DNA of 64,000 bases from Calditrichales bacterium (GCA_965267575.1 OZ254086.1:3328001-3392000), one strand, 5' to 3'; numbered from the stretch's first letter, positions 52,821 to 62,621 are shown. Notes: a model not told the origin generated them from the letters alone. Translations and numbers: made by a program.

Positions 52821-52846
52821 TGTAACAATCCTAATTGCTAAACGTA
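52821..52846 (+). promoter_or_regulatory. Putative ECF-sigma promoter
   Basis: TGTAAC-N16-CGTA upstream of the efflux operon; the same motif recurs at 59940. Confidence 0.55.
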
Positions 52847-52910
52847 AAGACCCATTGTTTGTAACCCACTTTCAAATCGCAAAATATGTGTCTCAGGGAG
52901 GTCAGCCGAT

Positions 52911-54011
52911 ATGAAATCCAAGAAGAAAAAAATTGTTATATGGAGCAGTGTTGCCGCTGTCGTGCTCATAGTTGCGGTAGTGGCGCTATTCGCTAATTCC
53001 GCTGAAGAGGGAAACGGGCGCAGCACCGTAAAAGTTGAAAGGAAGACTATCGTTGATAAGGCGTTGGCGGTTGGTTCAATCGAGCCGCTGAATGAGATCG
53101 ACGTGAAGTCCAAGGTCTCCGGCGTGGTTGGCAAGCTGTATGCCGATGTTGGCGATTTTGTGAGCGCCGGTGAGCCGCTGGTGGAAGTAAAGCCCGATCC
53201 GACGCCCCTGGAGCTGGCCCAGGCCAAACGTGACGTGGAAATGGCCAACATTGAGCTGCAGACGCTGGAAAAAGAACTGCAACGCAGCAAAGAACTGAAA
53301 GCCCAGGGTTATATTTCCGACCAGGATTACGAAGTACTGGAACGGCAATATGACGAAGCCGAGCTGCGCGTTAAGATAGCCAACGAAAAGCTGGATCTTA
53401 CCGAAAAGGGCAAAGCAAAAATCGCCGACACCAGCATCGAGACGGTCGTTAAATCTCCCATGACCGGTTTTATCCTGGAAAAAAATGTAAATCTGGGCGA
53501 CCCTGTCGTACCGCTGACGTCTTATCAGCCCGGTACGCCCATTATGCGTATGGCAGACATGGAAGACCTTTTGTTTAAAGGCACCGTGGATGAGATCGAC
53601 GTGGGCAAAATTAAGGAGGGTATGAACTGCGAGTTGCAGGTGGGCGCTCTTCCCGGCAAGAGCATTACCGGCAACGTAACCCTGATCTCGCTGAAAGCCA
53701 AAAAGGAAGATAATACCACGGTTTTCCCTGTTGAGATAAAAATAGACCAAACCGATGAAGCGTTGCTGCGCGCCGGTTATTCGGCCAATGCCAACATCAT
53801 TATTGCCCAGCGTGACAGCGTGCTGGCCATCCCCGAACGCGTGGTTACATTCCGTAATGATTCCGCTTTCGTAAATATCCCGCAAGGCGAAAATCAATCC
53901 AAAGAAGTTTATATAAAGACCGGTTTAAGCGATGCCATATTTATTGAAGTGCTCGAAGGGCTGGACCTGGGCCAGGAAGTGCTGGAAAAAGAAGTTCAGG
54001 AAATCATTTAA
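52911..54011 (+). CDS. Efflux periplasmic adaptor (MacA/YknX-like membrane fusion protein)
   Basis: N-terminal anchor; VKSKVSGVV, coiled hairpin, KSPMTG, VDEIDVGKI, VLAIPE. Confidence 0.9.
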   Translation: MKSKKKKIVIWSSVAAVVLIVAVVALFANSAEEGNGRSTVKVERKTIVDKALAVGSIEPLNEIDVKSKVSGVVGKLYADVGDFVSAGEPLVEVKPDPTPLELAQAKRDVEMANIELQTLEKELQRSKELKAQGYISDQDYEVLERQYDEAELRVKIANEKLDLTEKGKAKIADTSIETVVKSPMTGFILEKNVNLGDPVVPLTSYQPGTPIMRMADMEDLLFKGTVDEIDVGKIKEGMNCELQVGALPGKSITGNVTLISLKAKKEDNTTVFPVEIKIDQTDEALLRAGYSANANIIIAQRDSVLAIPERVVTFRNDSAFVNIPQGENQSKEVYIKTGLSDAIFIEVLEGLDLGQEVLEKEVQEII

Positions 54012-54032
54012 CGCGGGGCTGAAGGCGAATCC

Positions 54033-55280
54033 ATGTTACACCTGATCGATACGATCCGCGAGATTCTGCGCTACCTGAAGCAGTACAAAGCGCGTACCGC
54101 CATGACCATGTTCGGCCTTATCTGGGGCACGATGACGGTGATTATTCTGCTGGCGTTTGGCGTCGGCGTGCAGAAGCAGATGAGCAAAAATATGCACGGC
54201 ATCGGCGAAGGAATCGCCATTGTCTGGCCGGGCAGCACCAGCATCCCCTTTGAAGGATATGGACGCGACCGCCGCATACGCCTCACCCCCGAAGATATTG
54301 AACTTATCCGCAGCGAGGTGCGAGATATACAGCGGATCAGCCCCGAATACAGTAAATGGGGCTCAATAATCCGCGTCGGCGATCAGATCAACCGTCCCAA
54401 CATCACCGGCATCATTCCTGAATATGGTCCCATGCGCAACATCTGGCCGGAAGACGGCGGGCGTTGGCTCAATGAACTGGATATTGAAAAAAGACGCCGT
54501 GTGGTCTTTATCGGCAACAGGTTGCGCGATTTTCTTTTTGGGGAAAATGCCGATGTCATCGGCAAATATGTTCACATCGACCAGACGCCGTTTCTGGTAG
54601 TGGGCGTGATGCGCGAGAAAACCCAGAACTCATCCTATAATCAACGCGACCGGGACCGGGCCTTTATACCGATGACCACGCATATCGCTCTTTTTGGCGA
54701 TCGTTACCTGGACAATTTTGTTTACCAGATTGACGACCCGCTGAAATCGGAAAACGTGCAAAAGCAGGTTTATGCTACACTGGGCAAAAAATTCAAGTTC
54801 GATCCCAACGATACGGAAACACTGGGCATTTGGGATACGACCAACTTTGACCGTTTCATTTTCTATTTCACGCTGGGCTTTAACATTTTCATGGGTGTTA
54901 TTGGCGTGATCACGCTGATCGTTGGCGGCATCGGGCTGGCCAATATCATGTACGTGGTTGTGCAGGAGCGCACCCGCGAGATAGGGATTCGCCGCTCGGT
55001 CGGCGCCAAACGCAAAAATATTCTGGGACAGTTTCTGCTGGAGGCGTTTGTGATAATCGGTATGGGCGCGTTGATCGGTTTTGCGCTGGCGGTTGGGATT
55101 ATTTACGGGTTCAACGCATTGCCCCTGGATGAATTTAAGGAAGCGGTGGGTGCGCCGCAGCTCAACTGGATGGTGGCTGTTGTTACCGTCTTTGTACTTA
55201 GTACCATTGGCTTCCTGGCCGGCTATTTCCCGGCCCGCCGTGCATCCCGGCTGAACGTTGTCGATTGCCTGCGCTTTTAA
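54033..55280 (+). CDS. MacB/FtsX-family ABC permease
   Basis: TM1, periplasmic domain, GGIGLANIMYVVVQERTREIGIRRSVGA, PARRAS. Confidence 0.92.
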   Translation: MLHLIDTIREILRYLKQYKARTAMTMFGLIWGTMTVIILLAFGVGVQKQMSKNMHGIGEGIAIVWPGSTSIPFEGYGRDRRIRLTPEDIELIRSEVRDIQRISPEYSKWGSIIRVGDQINRPNITGIIPEYGPMRNIWPEDGGRWLNELDIEKRRRVVFIGNRLRDFLFGENADVIGKYVHIDQTPFLVVGVMREKTQNSSYNQRDRDRAFIPMTTHIALFGDRYLDNFVYQIDDPLKSENVQKQVYATLGKKFKFDPNDTETLGIWDTTNFDRFIFYFTLGFNIFMGVIGVITLIVGGIGLANIMYVVVQERTREIGIRRSVGAKRKNILGQFLLEAFVIIGMGALIGFALAVGIIYGFNALPLDEFKEAVGAPQLNWMVAVVTVFVLSTIGFLAGYFPARRASRLNVVDCLRF

Positions 55281-55295
55281 TAAAGGATTCTGATT

Positions 55296-56540
55296 ATGTC
55301 ATTCCTGATGCTTTTACGCGAATTTATCGAAGATATCAAAACGCAGAAAACACGCGCTTTTCTGACCATTGTCGCCATCTCCTGGGGCATTCTGGCAGTT
55401 ACGCTGCTGATGGCTTTTGGTGAAGGACTCTCTTTTCGCATGCGCGAAGGACTGCTCAATGCGGGCGATCGCATTATTCGCGTTTATAATGGCCAGACAA
55501 CCAAGAAATTTGAAGGCTTGCCGGTTGGGCGTCGTATTTTATTGAAAGAGGAAGATTGCCGCGTAATCGAGCAAAATATCCCGCAGGTGGCCGTCGCCGT
55601 TCCCGGACTTGGCAAATATGCCAGACTCAAAGCGGGTGATAAAGTGTCATCCACGCATATGGAAGGCGTCTATCCCGAGTTTGAATTTTTGCGTCGCACT
55701 TTTCACGATGAAGGCGGACGCTTTCTGAATGAAAAGGATATGCTGGAACGCAAACGGGTTGTCTTTTTAGGAAGCAAAATCGCCGAAGAGCTTTTTGGAA
55801 ATCCCAATCCGATCGGCGAAACGGTTAAGATAGACGGTATGCCGTTTAAAGTGGTCGGTACTATGCCACCCAAGATGCAGACCTCCATGAACAATGGCCC
55901 CGATGACCGTCGCGCCATCATTCCCTTTACGACATTCCAAAGCATTTACGGCGACAAATACCTGGACGAGATGATCGTGAAACCTGCACGGGCCGAACAC
56001 GGCGCCTACGTAGAACAGGAGATACGTCGTGTACTGGGGAAAAAGTACCAGTTTGACCCGACCGATGAGCGTGCCGTACCGATGTGGAATTTCATCGAAA
56101 ACGAAAAGGAAGGCGAAAAAGTCTTCCGCGGGATCAATATTTTCCTTGCCGTCATCGGTTCCATGACATTGATTATTGCGGGCGTGGGTGTGGCCAATAT
56201 TATGTACGTGGTGGCCAAGGAGCGCACAAAAGAAATCGGCATAAAGAGGGCCGTGGGCGCGCGTAAAAGCTACATCATCTTTCAATTTATTTTTGAATCT
56301 TTGCTGATTGCCTTTATCGGCGGCGGTATAGGACTGCTCGTTTCTTTCGGTGTCATAGAGGGTATGTGGATGATCCCTGCGGAAGATGGCGCTATGCAGT
56401 TTCTGGGGCGCCCGATCCTTTCAGGCAGCGTCATTTTTGTTTCTGTGGGATTGCTCTGCGCGATTGGTCTGCTGGCCGGGCTATTTCCGGCGCGAAAAGC
56501 GGCCAACATCAGCCCGGTCGATGCGTTGCGCTATGAATAA
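55296..56540 (+). CDS. MacB/FtsX-family ABC permease, paralog
   Basis: GVGVANIMYVVAKERTKEIGIKRAVGA, PARKAA..PVDALRYE. Confidence 0.92.
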   Translation: MSFLMLLREFIEDIKTQKTRAFLTIVAISWGILAVTLLMAFGEGLSFRMREGLLNAGDRIIRVYNGQTTKKFEGLPVGRRILLKEEDCRVIEQNIPQVAVAVPGLGKYARLKAGDKVSSTHMEGVYPEFEFLRRTFHDEGGRFLNEKDMLERKRVVFLGSKIAEELFGNPNPIGETVKIDGMPFKVVGTMPPKMQTSMNNGPDDRRAIIPFTTFQSIYGDKYLDEMIVKPARAEHGAYVEQEIRRVLGKKYQFDPTDERAVPMWNFIENEKEGEKVFRGINIFLAVIGSMTLIIAGVGVANIMYVVAKERTKEIGIKRAVGARKSYIIFQFIFESLLIAFIGGGIGLLVSFGVIEGMWMIPAEDGAMQFLGRPILSGSVIFVSVGLLCAIGLLAGLFPARKAANISPVDALRYE

Positions 56541-56547
56541 TAGCGTT

Positions 56548-56838
56548 TTAATGGCCTTCTTGTTTTATGTCCAGGATTATTCCATTAAGCCTGGTGGCAA
56601 TAAGGTTAAAAAGGGCTGCTTCAATTAGGCCTAAGATTAGTCCAGACAAACCAAATAGTACGGGTATTCCCACGAGTGCCAGCATTGCTAAATAGCTGCC
56701 TGTGTTCAAGCCAGTGGTCAAGATATCATAGAGAGCACCGCCAAAAGAATATAAAATACCGGCGCAGGCGCCGACTAGGGCCAAAAGTATGGCTTGCAGC
56801 CGCGCGAAATTAAAAACATCTATACGGGTTGCTGACAT
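56548..56838 (-). CDS. Small hypothetical membrane protein
   Basis: ATG after AGGAGG; 96 aa with two hydrophobic helices. Confidence 0.7.
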   Translation of the reverse strand: MSATRIDVFNFARLQAILLALVGACAGILYSFGGALYDILTTGLNTGSYLAMLALVGIPVLFGLSGLILGLIEAALFNLIATRLNGIILDIKQEGH

Positions 56839-56860
56839 CTGTTTCCTCCTGCAGGTTATA

Positions 56861-57388
56861 TTACAAACGAAGTGCGACCCCAATGGCAATGCCCCCGGAA
56901 TCAATATTCAAATTCTCTGTCCCGCTCTTTTTAGGGAAGTTGATGTAATCAAGTAAATCTCGTGAATGCCTGTAGAAATATTCCAGCTCTACGGAAATCA
57001 ATTTATGCCCTCCCGATGGAAAGTCTATATTAATCCCTACCGCTCCTGTCGCCGAGATATTGTCCAGAAAAGCGCTTCCAATCCGGGCTGATGTATTTAT
57101 AGCAAAGTTTTCCTCAAAGGGATAAAAGAGTAAACCCGCGGCATAGTTCCATTCTGCAAAAAAGCTACTTAGCCCCCAGGTCATCTGCCCCCCATATTTA
57201 AATTGCAGTGATTTTGCCAAAAGAATACGTGCTTCAATCAAAGGAATATCGGCCATTAAAAAGCTGGCTTCATCCATTTGTCGAAGGCTTGCTCCGAGCA
57301 TATAGCCGTCAAATTTCGCAGGTTCAGGTGGTGGTTGTGCCCAGACGAAAATGATAAAAAGCAAAACGATATACGCTGTTTTTTTCAT
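56861..57388 (-). CDS. Hypothetical exported protein, possibly a small outer-membrane beta-barrel
   Basis: Signal peptide MKKTAYIVLLFIIFVWA-Q; alternating strand-like segments; C-terminal GIAIGVALRL. Confidence 0.6.
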   Translation of the reverse strand: MKKTAYIVLLFIIFVWAQPPPEPAKFDGYMLGASLRQMDEASFLMADIPLIEARILLAKSLQFKYGGQMTWGLSSFFAEWNYAAGLLFYPFEENFAINTSARIGSAFLDNISATGAVGINIDFPSGGHKLISVELEYFYRHSRDLLDYINFPKKSGTENLNIDSGGIAIGVALRL

Positions 57389-57431
57389 GATACCCCGCAT
57401 TAAAATAGGATATAAAAATAACAGCAACGGC

Positions 57432-58499
57432 TTATTTAATTAGCAGCATTTTTTTTGATCGCTGCATAGGCCCTGCTTGCAGACGGTATACATAAACACC
57501 GCTATTCAGTTCCTTAGCGTTAAAATTCACGCTGTGCTCACCGGCTGCAATAAGCCCTGAAACCGGGGTAGCGACAAGGCGTCCGGCGAGGTCATAAACC
57601 GTAATGGTTACAAAAGCACGCTGCGCGATAGAAAATTCGATGCGCGTGGTAGGGTTAAATGGGTTGGGGAAATTGCCTTTCAGTGATAAAGCGGTCGGTT
57701 GCTGAAGACTGCTTATGGAAGTAGCGCCTTCAACGAAAATTTCAAAATATGCTGTATCCTGCTGGATGATAAGGCCGCTGTCTCGAACAGAAACGTCAAA
57801 GGAATATGTGCCGGCATGCTGAGGTGTCCCGCTGATTTGCCCTGAGAGGCTGTCTAGAACCAGCCCGTCTGGCAAGCTACCGCTAGCAAGATTCCAGGTG
57901 TAGGGCGGCGTGCCCCCGCTTACCCGCAACGCTGCCTGGTAACTCTCAGCGACAGTAGCATCCGCCAGCTCTTGTTGTTCAATCCGCAGGTCTTGCTCGA
58001 TAAAGTCTACAACTAGTGCCTGATCAGACGTGGCAAAGGCGTTTCCGTTTGCGCCAAAGTAGCCCACCCAATGCGCGTTTTCCAGGGCGTAGCTTTCTGC
58101 CGTTTGTGATGACAGCCAAAACGTGGCGAGCAGCGTATCGCCCGGCGCGAGAGCGTTGTTTTCCGTGAAAGCGGGTGGGGTCTCTAAAATTGTGCGGTGG
58201 GTGCTGGCTCCGGCATAAAGGGCGCCGCTGCCGGTTATTTCATGACTCGTGGAAGCAATTACGGAAGAATTTATTTTAATCTTTCCAATGGCGACATCAA
58301 GGCCGGCCGGGATATTTTCGCAAAAGTAAAAACCGCGCAGCGTGTCAGCCTCGTGGTTGATAAACCTCAGCGTTAATTGAACGGAATCACCGCTAAACAC
58401 AGCCTGCGCTGAGAGGATGCGTTGCCAGCCGACATTATGTGTGCTTCCCGCCAGCGTTATGCTCAGCCCCAGCAACAGGGCCCACATCAGCCGGCGCAT
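57432..58499 (-). CDS. Secreted Ig-like protein (DUF11-like + putative Ig domain) with C-terminal sorting domain
   Basis: Signal peptide; ENIPAGL; SGGTPPYTW...GSLPDGL...ISGTP; FPNPFNPTT...SGVYVYRL..KMLLIK. Confidence 0.8.
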   Translation of the reverse strand: MRRLMWALLLGLSITLAGSTHNVGWQRILSAQAVFSGDSVQLTLRFINHEADTLRGFYFCENIPAGLDVAIGKIKINSSVIASTSHEITGSGALYAGASTHRTILETPPAFTENNALAPGDTLLATFWLSSQTAESYALENAHWVGYFGANGNAFATSDQALVVDFIEQDLRIEQQELADATVAESYQAALRVSGGTPPYTWNLASGSLPDGLVLDSLSGQISGTPQHAGTYSFDVSVRDSGLIIQQDTAYFEIFVEGATSISSLQQPTALSLKGNFPNPFNPTTRIEFSIAQRAFVTITVYDLAGRLVATPVSGLIAAGEHSVNFNAKELNSGVYVYRLQAGPMQRSKKMLLIK

Positions 58500-59755
58500 T
58501 ATCCCTGCTCCATGTATTGGCGGATCAATTCTTTTACTTCTTCTTCCGTGGCTTTACCCTCGCGGTATTCTTTTATTTTGCGGTCAATGTCCAGGCGGTT
58601 GACATCGGGGTCGTTGAAATCGTAAGCAATCACCTCATACAGGTCGGGATCAATTGTGCCGATGCCACCCTGGATGCATCCGGTGATCTGTTTGCGCGTA
58701 TTGTTATCGTTTTCCGGATTCAGGAAAGGAGCATACGGTGAAATCACGTCACGACAGGCGACATAATCCAGCGTGGCCGGGTTCTCACAAGCTAGTACGG
58801 TTTTGGTTTCGGTCGCTTCACCGGTGCGCGAGTAATGGCCTGACCACATGGCCGCGGTAATGTACAATACCGGGCTGTACATCGTTTGAATGTAACGGGC
58901 TACAAGACGTCCGCAGTAATCGGCACGATCGCGCGAAAACGATGAACGGTGAATATTGGCGTAATCGCGGAAGCGGTCGCCGGCACCGTAATGGATCTCC
59001 GTAGCGCCATAAAAGCTCTTAATGGCACTGGTGATTCCGGAATAATCTTCTTCTCCCTTGCCGTGGTTGTTTAGAGTGGGGACAAAAATAGCTTTAACTT
59101 TACGCCCCGTATAGGAGCCGTTTTCCCAAACACCGTTTTTCATATCCAGCATACGACCCGGGTTAAGAGGCGATTCAAAAATTGGATAGGAGAGGTACGT
59201 ATCCAAACCGTCAAAAGTAAACCAATCGCGTATCCAGCCTTCGCCATCCTGCGGTCCCGCAATGTCACCCTCGCTGCTGTACCAGCGTTTGACCGATACA
59301 GGCTTGCCGTTCTGCTGGTATTCTTCGGCTAATGTCGTCCAGTTGTGATCGGGCCAGTTATGCGTCCGGCCGCTGCCTTCCACGTTAAAGGCGTAGTTTT
59401 TCTCCGAACCATACGCTTGCACGTTGTCGGCAATTATCACTTCACCGGAAAACCCTTCTATGGCGAGAATATGATCAACCACGCCTTTTATAACGCCTGT
59501 GTGCGTATAGCCCTGCTTTTGCCATTGCGCGTTGCCCTTGATAACCACAACGTCCGTCGGATCGATATATTTGCGAATGTCGATCAGTTCGAACAGCTTA
59601 TCCACGTTTTGGAAGCAATCGCCATTCATGATCTTGTAAACCTGTACTTTATTCTGTTGGGCGATGAGCGCGTCCCAACGTTTGAAGAAGACGGGAGAAA
59701 GCGTAATGGCGCCGGCGCCAATGCCCAGGCTTTTGATAAACTCGCGACGTTTCAT
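58499..59755 (-). CDS. Tat-exported DUF362-like protein
   Basis: Twin-arginine signal MKRREFIK; VVIKGN, PTLNNH..ITSAIKS..G, NPATLDY. Confidence 0.7.
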   Translation of the reverse strand: MKRREFIKSLGIGAGAITLSPVFFKRWDALIAQQNKVQVYKIMNGDCFQNVDKLFELIDIRKYIDPTDVVVIKGNAQWQKQGYTHTGVIKGVVDHILAIEGFSGEVIIADNVQAYGSEKNYAFNVEGSGRTHNWPDHNWTTLAEEYQQNGKPVSVKRWYSSEGDIAGPQDGEGWIRDWFTFDGLDTYLSYPIFESPLNPGRMLDMKNGVWENGSYTGRKVKAIFVPTLNNHGKGEEDYSGITSAIKSFYGATEIHYGAGDRFRDYANIHRSSFSRDRADYCGRLVARYIQTMYSPVLYITAAMWSGHYSRTGEATETKTVLACENPATLDYVACRDVISPYAPFLNPENDNNTRKQITGCIQGGIGTIDPDLYEVIAYDFNDPDVNRLDIDRKIKEYREGKATEEEVKELIRQYMEQG

Positions 59756-59939
59756 GGTGGTCCTTTCTGCAGGGTCAGGATAATGTAGCTAATTGATAAA
59801 GCAAAAAGTAGGGAATCGCGATTTTAGTATTTGAAAATGTTAAGTGCTATTAAATGACTTCCTGAGTTTGAGTTTAAACAATTGTAGGTGGATGCGTGGT
59901 TAACTTTTTGATTTCTCCAAACATTGCTAATTATTTCAT

Positions 59940-59965
59940 TGTAACCTTTTAATAAGCCCCACGTA
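59940..59965 (+). promoter_or_regulatory. Putative ECF-sigma promoter
   Basis: TGTAAC-N16-CGTA, 58 nt upstream of the serine hydrolase gene. Confidence 0.55.
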
Positions 59966-60023
59966 GCCATGATTCAACCCACAAATAATAGGCTTATCAT
60001 ATTTAACCCGCGGAGGTATACGT

Positions 60024-61136
60024 ATGTCTTTTTCTATAAAGCAGACGCCATTTCTTATGCTAATTATTTTAATCCTTTCATTATCCACAGCCGGACAATC
60101 GCAAATTAATAACGCTCCGGTAAAAACACTTGCCGGCGAATCTGTAACTGCCAACGAACTTGATGATACAATCCAGTCGATAATGGAAAAGCTGGATATG
60201 CCCGGTCTTTCAATTGCGATCATAAATGATGCTGAAGTTGCTTATTATAATGTATTTGGCGTTACAAACATGGAAACAAAAGAAAAGGTTACCAAAAAAA
60301 CAATCTTTGAAGGTGCATCGTTGTCCAAACCTATTTTCGCCTGGTTTGCATTAAAGATGGCAGATAAAGGGTTTTTGGATTTAGATAAACCGCTTTATGA
60401 GTACCTGCCTCACCCTGGTATTGCGGAAGAATCCCAGGAAGATTATAAACTGATAACCGCCAGAATGGTATTAGCGCATAGCACCGGATTCCCTAATCAT
60501 AGTGGTGGAAAAAAGATAGCCCTTAAATTTAAACCCGGTACGGATTTTTCATATTCGGGAGAAGCCTATCAATATTTGGCGGCTATTATCGGCCAGCTAA
60601 ACGGAGTCGGTTGGCAGGAAGACCTGAATCGCGTTTTCCAGGAAACGGTTACGCAGCCTTTGGGAATGGAGAATACCTCATTTGTTTGGAGTGATTACTT
60701 TGAAAAACATAAAGCGTACGGGCACAAGGATGGTACACCCACAGACAATAGCACCGGCGGCTGGGACGGTAAAACGTTTTTTGCTTTTTCCAGCCTTCAC
60801 AGCGAAGCGCGGGAGTATTCCCGGTTTGTTCAGGCTATTTTGAAAGGTGAAGGGCTTAAAGACGACACGTACAACGACATGTTTAAGTCGCATACGATTT
60901 TTAATGAAGATACGGAACTCAGAAAGGAAACAGGCCAGACAGGGTGGGGACTCGGATTTGCCCAAAAACCATCACCGTATGGCATGATGCACCTGCACAC
61001 TGGCAATAACCATGATTTTCAGGCTTATGTTATGATTGTTCCCGAGCGGCAATATGGGCTGGTTTTGTTTTCTAACTCCGGCAAAATGCTCGATTTTATA
61101 AATGAGTTGGAAGACACGCTGGGAGACCAGTTCTAA
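60024..61136 (+). CDS. Exported serine hydrolase (beta-lactamase class C / AmpC-like family)
   Basis: Signal peptide; SxxK (ASLSK), HSTG, FSYSG, HTG. Confidence 0.88.
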   Translation: MSFSIKQTPFLMLIILILSLSTAGQSQINNAPVKTLAGESVTANELDDTIQSIMEKLDMPGLSIAIINDAEVAYYNVFGVTNMETKEKVTKKTIFEGASLSKPIFAWFALKMADKGFLDLDKPLYEYLPHPGIAEESQEDYKLITARMVLAHSTGFPNHSGGKKIALKFKPGTDFSYSGEAYQYLAAIIGQLNGVGWQEDLNRVFQETVTQPLGMENTSFVWSDYFEKHKAYGHKDGTPTDNSTGGWDGKTFFAFSSLHSEAREYSRFVQAILKGEGLKDDTYNDMFKSHTIFNEDTELRKETGQTGWGLGFAQKPSPYGMMHLHTGNNHDFQAYVMIVPERQYGLVLFSNSGKMLDFINELEDTLGDQF

Positions 61137-61163
61137 AAGGTAACGATAAAATCGTGTTAGTAG

Positions 61164-61196
61164 AAGGCTGTTGCTTTAACGCACCAGCCTTTTTTT
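61164..61196 (+). terminator. Intrinsic terminator
   Basis: AAGGCTG...CAGCCTT stem followed by a T-tract. Confidence 0.75.
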
Positions 61197-61292
61197 CCTT
61201 AAGCGCGACGTTCTTGAAGGTTTCCAAGGGAATGTAATTTAGTTCGGTTTGGTTTTGGAATTAATAAATCTAAAATCAAACTAAGGAAAATT

Positions 61293-62027
61293 ATGAAAAA
61301 AGATATTCGAATCCGGCGCAGCAAAGAACGCGGTTTTGAGGATTTCGGCTGGACTGACAACTGGATGACATTCTCTTTTGCCAATTACCATGATCCGGAG
61401 TGGATGCATTTTGGTCCGTTGCGCGTGATTGTTGAAAACCATATCCAACCGCATTCAGGATTCCAGGCCCATCCCCACCGTGATATGGAGATTGTCACTT
61501 ACGTATCCAGCGGCGTGCTGACACATGGCGATAACATGGGCAACAAAGAGCCCATCCCGGCCGGAGCGATGCAGCGGCTTAGCGCCGGAACAGGCATTGT
61601 GCATAGCGAGATGAACGAACACGATCAAGTGGAACACAACGTTCAAATCTGGATACTGCCGGATAAGCAGGGCAGGGAGCCGGGCTACCAGGTTAAACGC
61701 TTCAGCCGCGACGAACTGACCGACACACTTCAGCTTTATATCTCACAAAACGGCCGCGACGGTTCCATGCATATTAACCAGGATGTGGAATTGTATGCGG
61801 GCATTTTGTCCGCCGGCAGACAATACGATCATGAATTGAAGTCACATCGCGGCGCCTGGATTCAAATCGTCCACGGTAAGCTGGAAGTGAACGGTGACCT
61901 TGTTTTGGATAAAGGTGATGGCTGCGGAATTACAAATATCGGTGGGCTTCATTTAAAAGCATTGGCAGAAACAGAATTGGTCCTGTTTGATATGGCTATG
62001 GATTTTGAAACGCCTTACCGGTTGTAA
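61293..62027 (+). CDS. Pirin-family protein (YhhW-like)
   Basis: FSFANYHDP, HPHRDMEIVTYV, SAGTGIVHSE, QIWI. Confidence 0.92.
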   Translation: MKKDIRIRRSKERGFEDFGWTDNWMTFSFANYHDPEWMHFGPLRVIVENHIQPHSGFQAHPHRDMEIVTYVSSGVLTHGDNMGNKEPIPAGAMQRLSAGTGIVHSEMNEHDQVEHNVQIWILPDKQGREPGYQVKRFSRDELTDTLQLYISQNGRDGSMHINQDVELYAGILSAGRQYDHELKSHRGAWIQIVHGKLEVNGDLVLDKGDGCGITNIGGLHLKALAETELVLFDMAMDFETPYRL

Positions 62028-62105
62028 GCAATCTTAGACTTAAGACTCTTTAATTAGAATGCTGTTAATCAGGATGCTGTCAAAAATATTTAAGGCAGAA
62101 CGTCT

Positions 62106-62621
62106 TTATGTTCGTATCGAAAATTTTGAACGCTCGTTAAAATCATCTCCCGTCAAATAGGAAAAAAGGTCGTTGACCCGTTTTCTGGCGAAAAGACGGG
62201 TGGTAAAATGAGCAAAGGTCGCAATGCCTACATAAAGCCCCAGGATTATCAGACCTTCAAGCAAAGCCTCGGAGACGGAGCCGGTGCTGATCACGCTCAG
62301 CTTGAGAATTACAAAAAAAAGAGCGATCAGTAACAAGTCCACATAGCGCTGACTTTTCAATAAACGGAATCGTACGTCCACTTTGGTTTTTTCTTCTTCA
62401 CGTAATGAGACGGCCAGATCGAGATTTTGCAGGGTAGCGCCTTTTTGAAGTGTGAGCTTAATAGGGTTTTCCTCAGACACTTTTCCTTTAAACGTATAAA
62501 TCCCGGACGGAACATTCTTGTTCTCATCTTCCGGCTCCTCGGTGATACTGCGAATGCGTTTGGTTAATTCTTTAATGCCGTATTTCGAGGTAAACCGTGC
62601 TTTTTGATATTTGAGCCACAT
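62106..62621 (-). CDS. Hypothetical membrane protein
   Basis: 171 aa with two C-terminal TM helices. Confidence 0.65.
   Translation of the reverse strand: MWLKYQKARFTSKYGIKELTKRIRSITEEPEDENKNVPSGIYTFKGKVSEENPIKLTLQKGATLQNLDLAVSLREEEKTKVDVRFRLLKSQRYVDLLLIALFFVILKLSVISTGSVSEALLEGLIILGLYVGIATFAHFTTRLFARKRVNDLFSYLTGDDFNERSKFSIRT

Noticed and set aside
52860..52890. Second TGTAAC upstream of the MFP gene
   Set aside because: No CGT at the 16-17 nt spacing.
53076..53897. 273-aa minus-strand ORF
   Set aside because: Antisense shadow of the MFP gene with no recognisable motifs.
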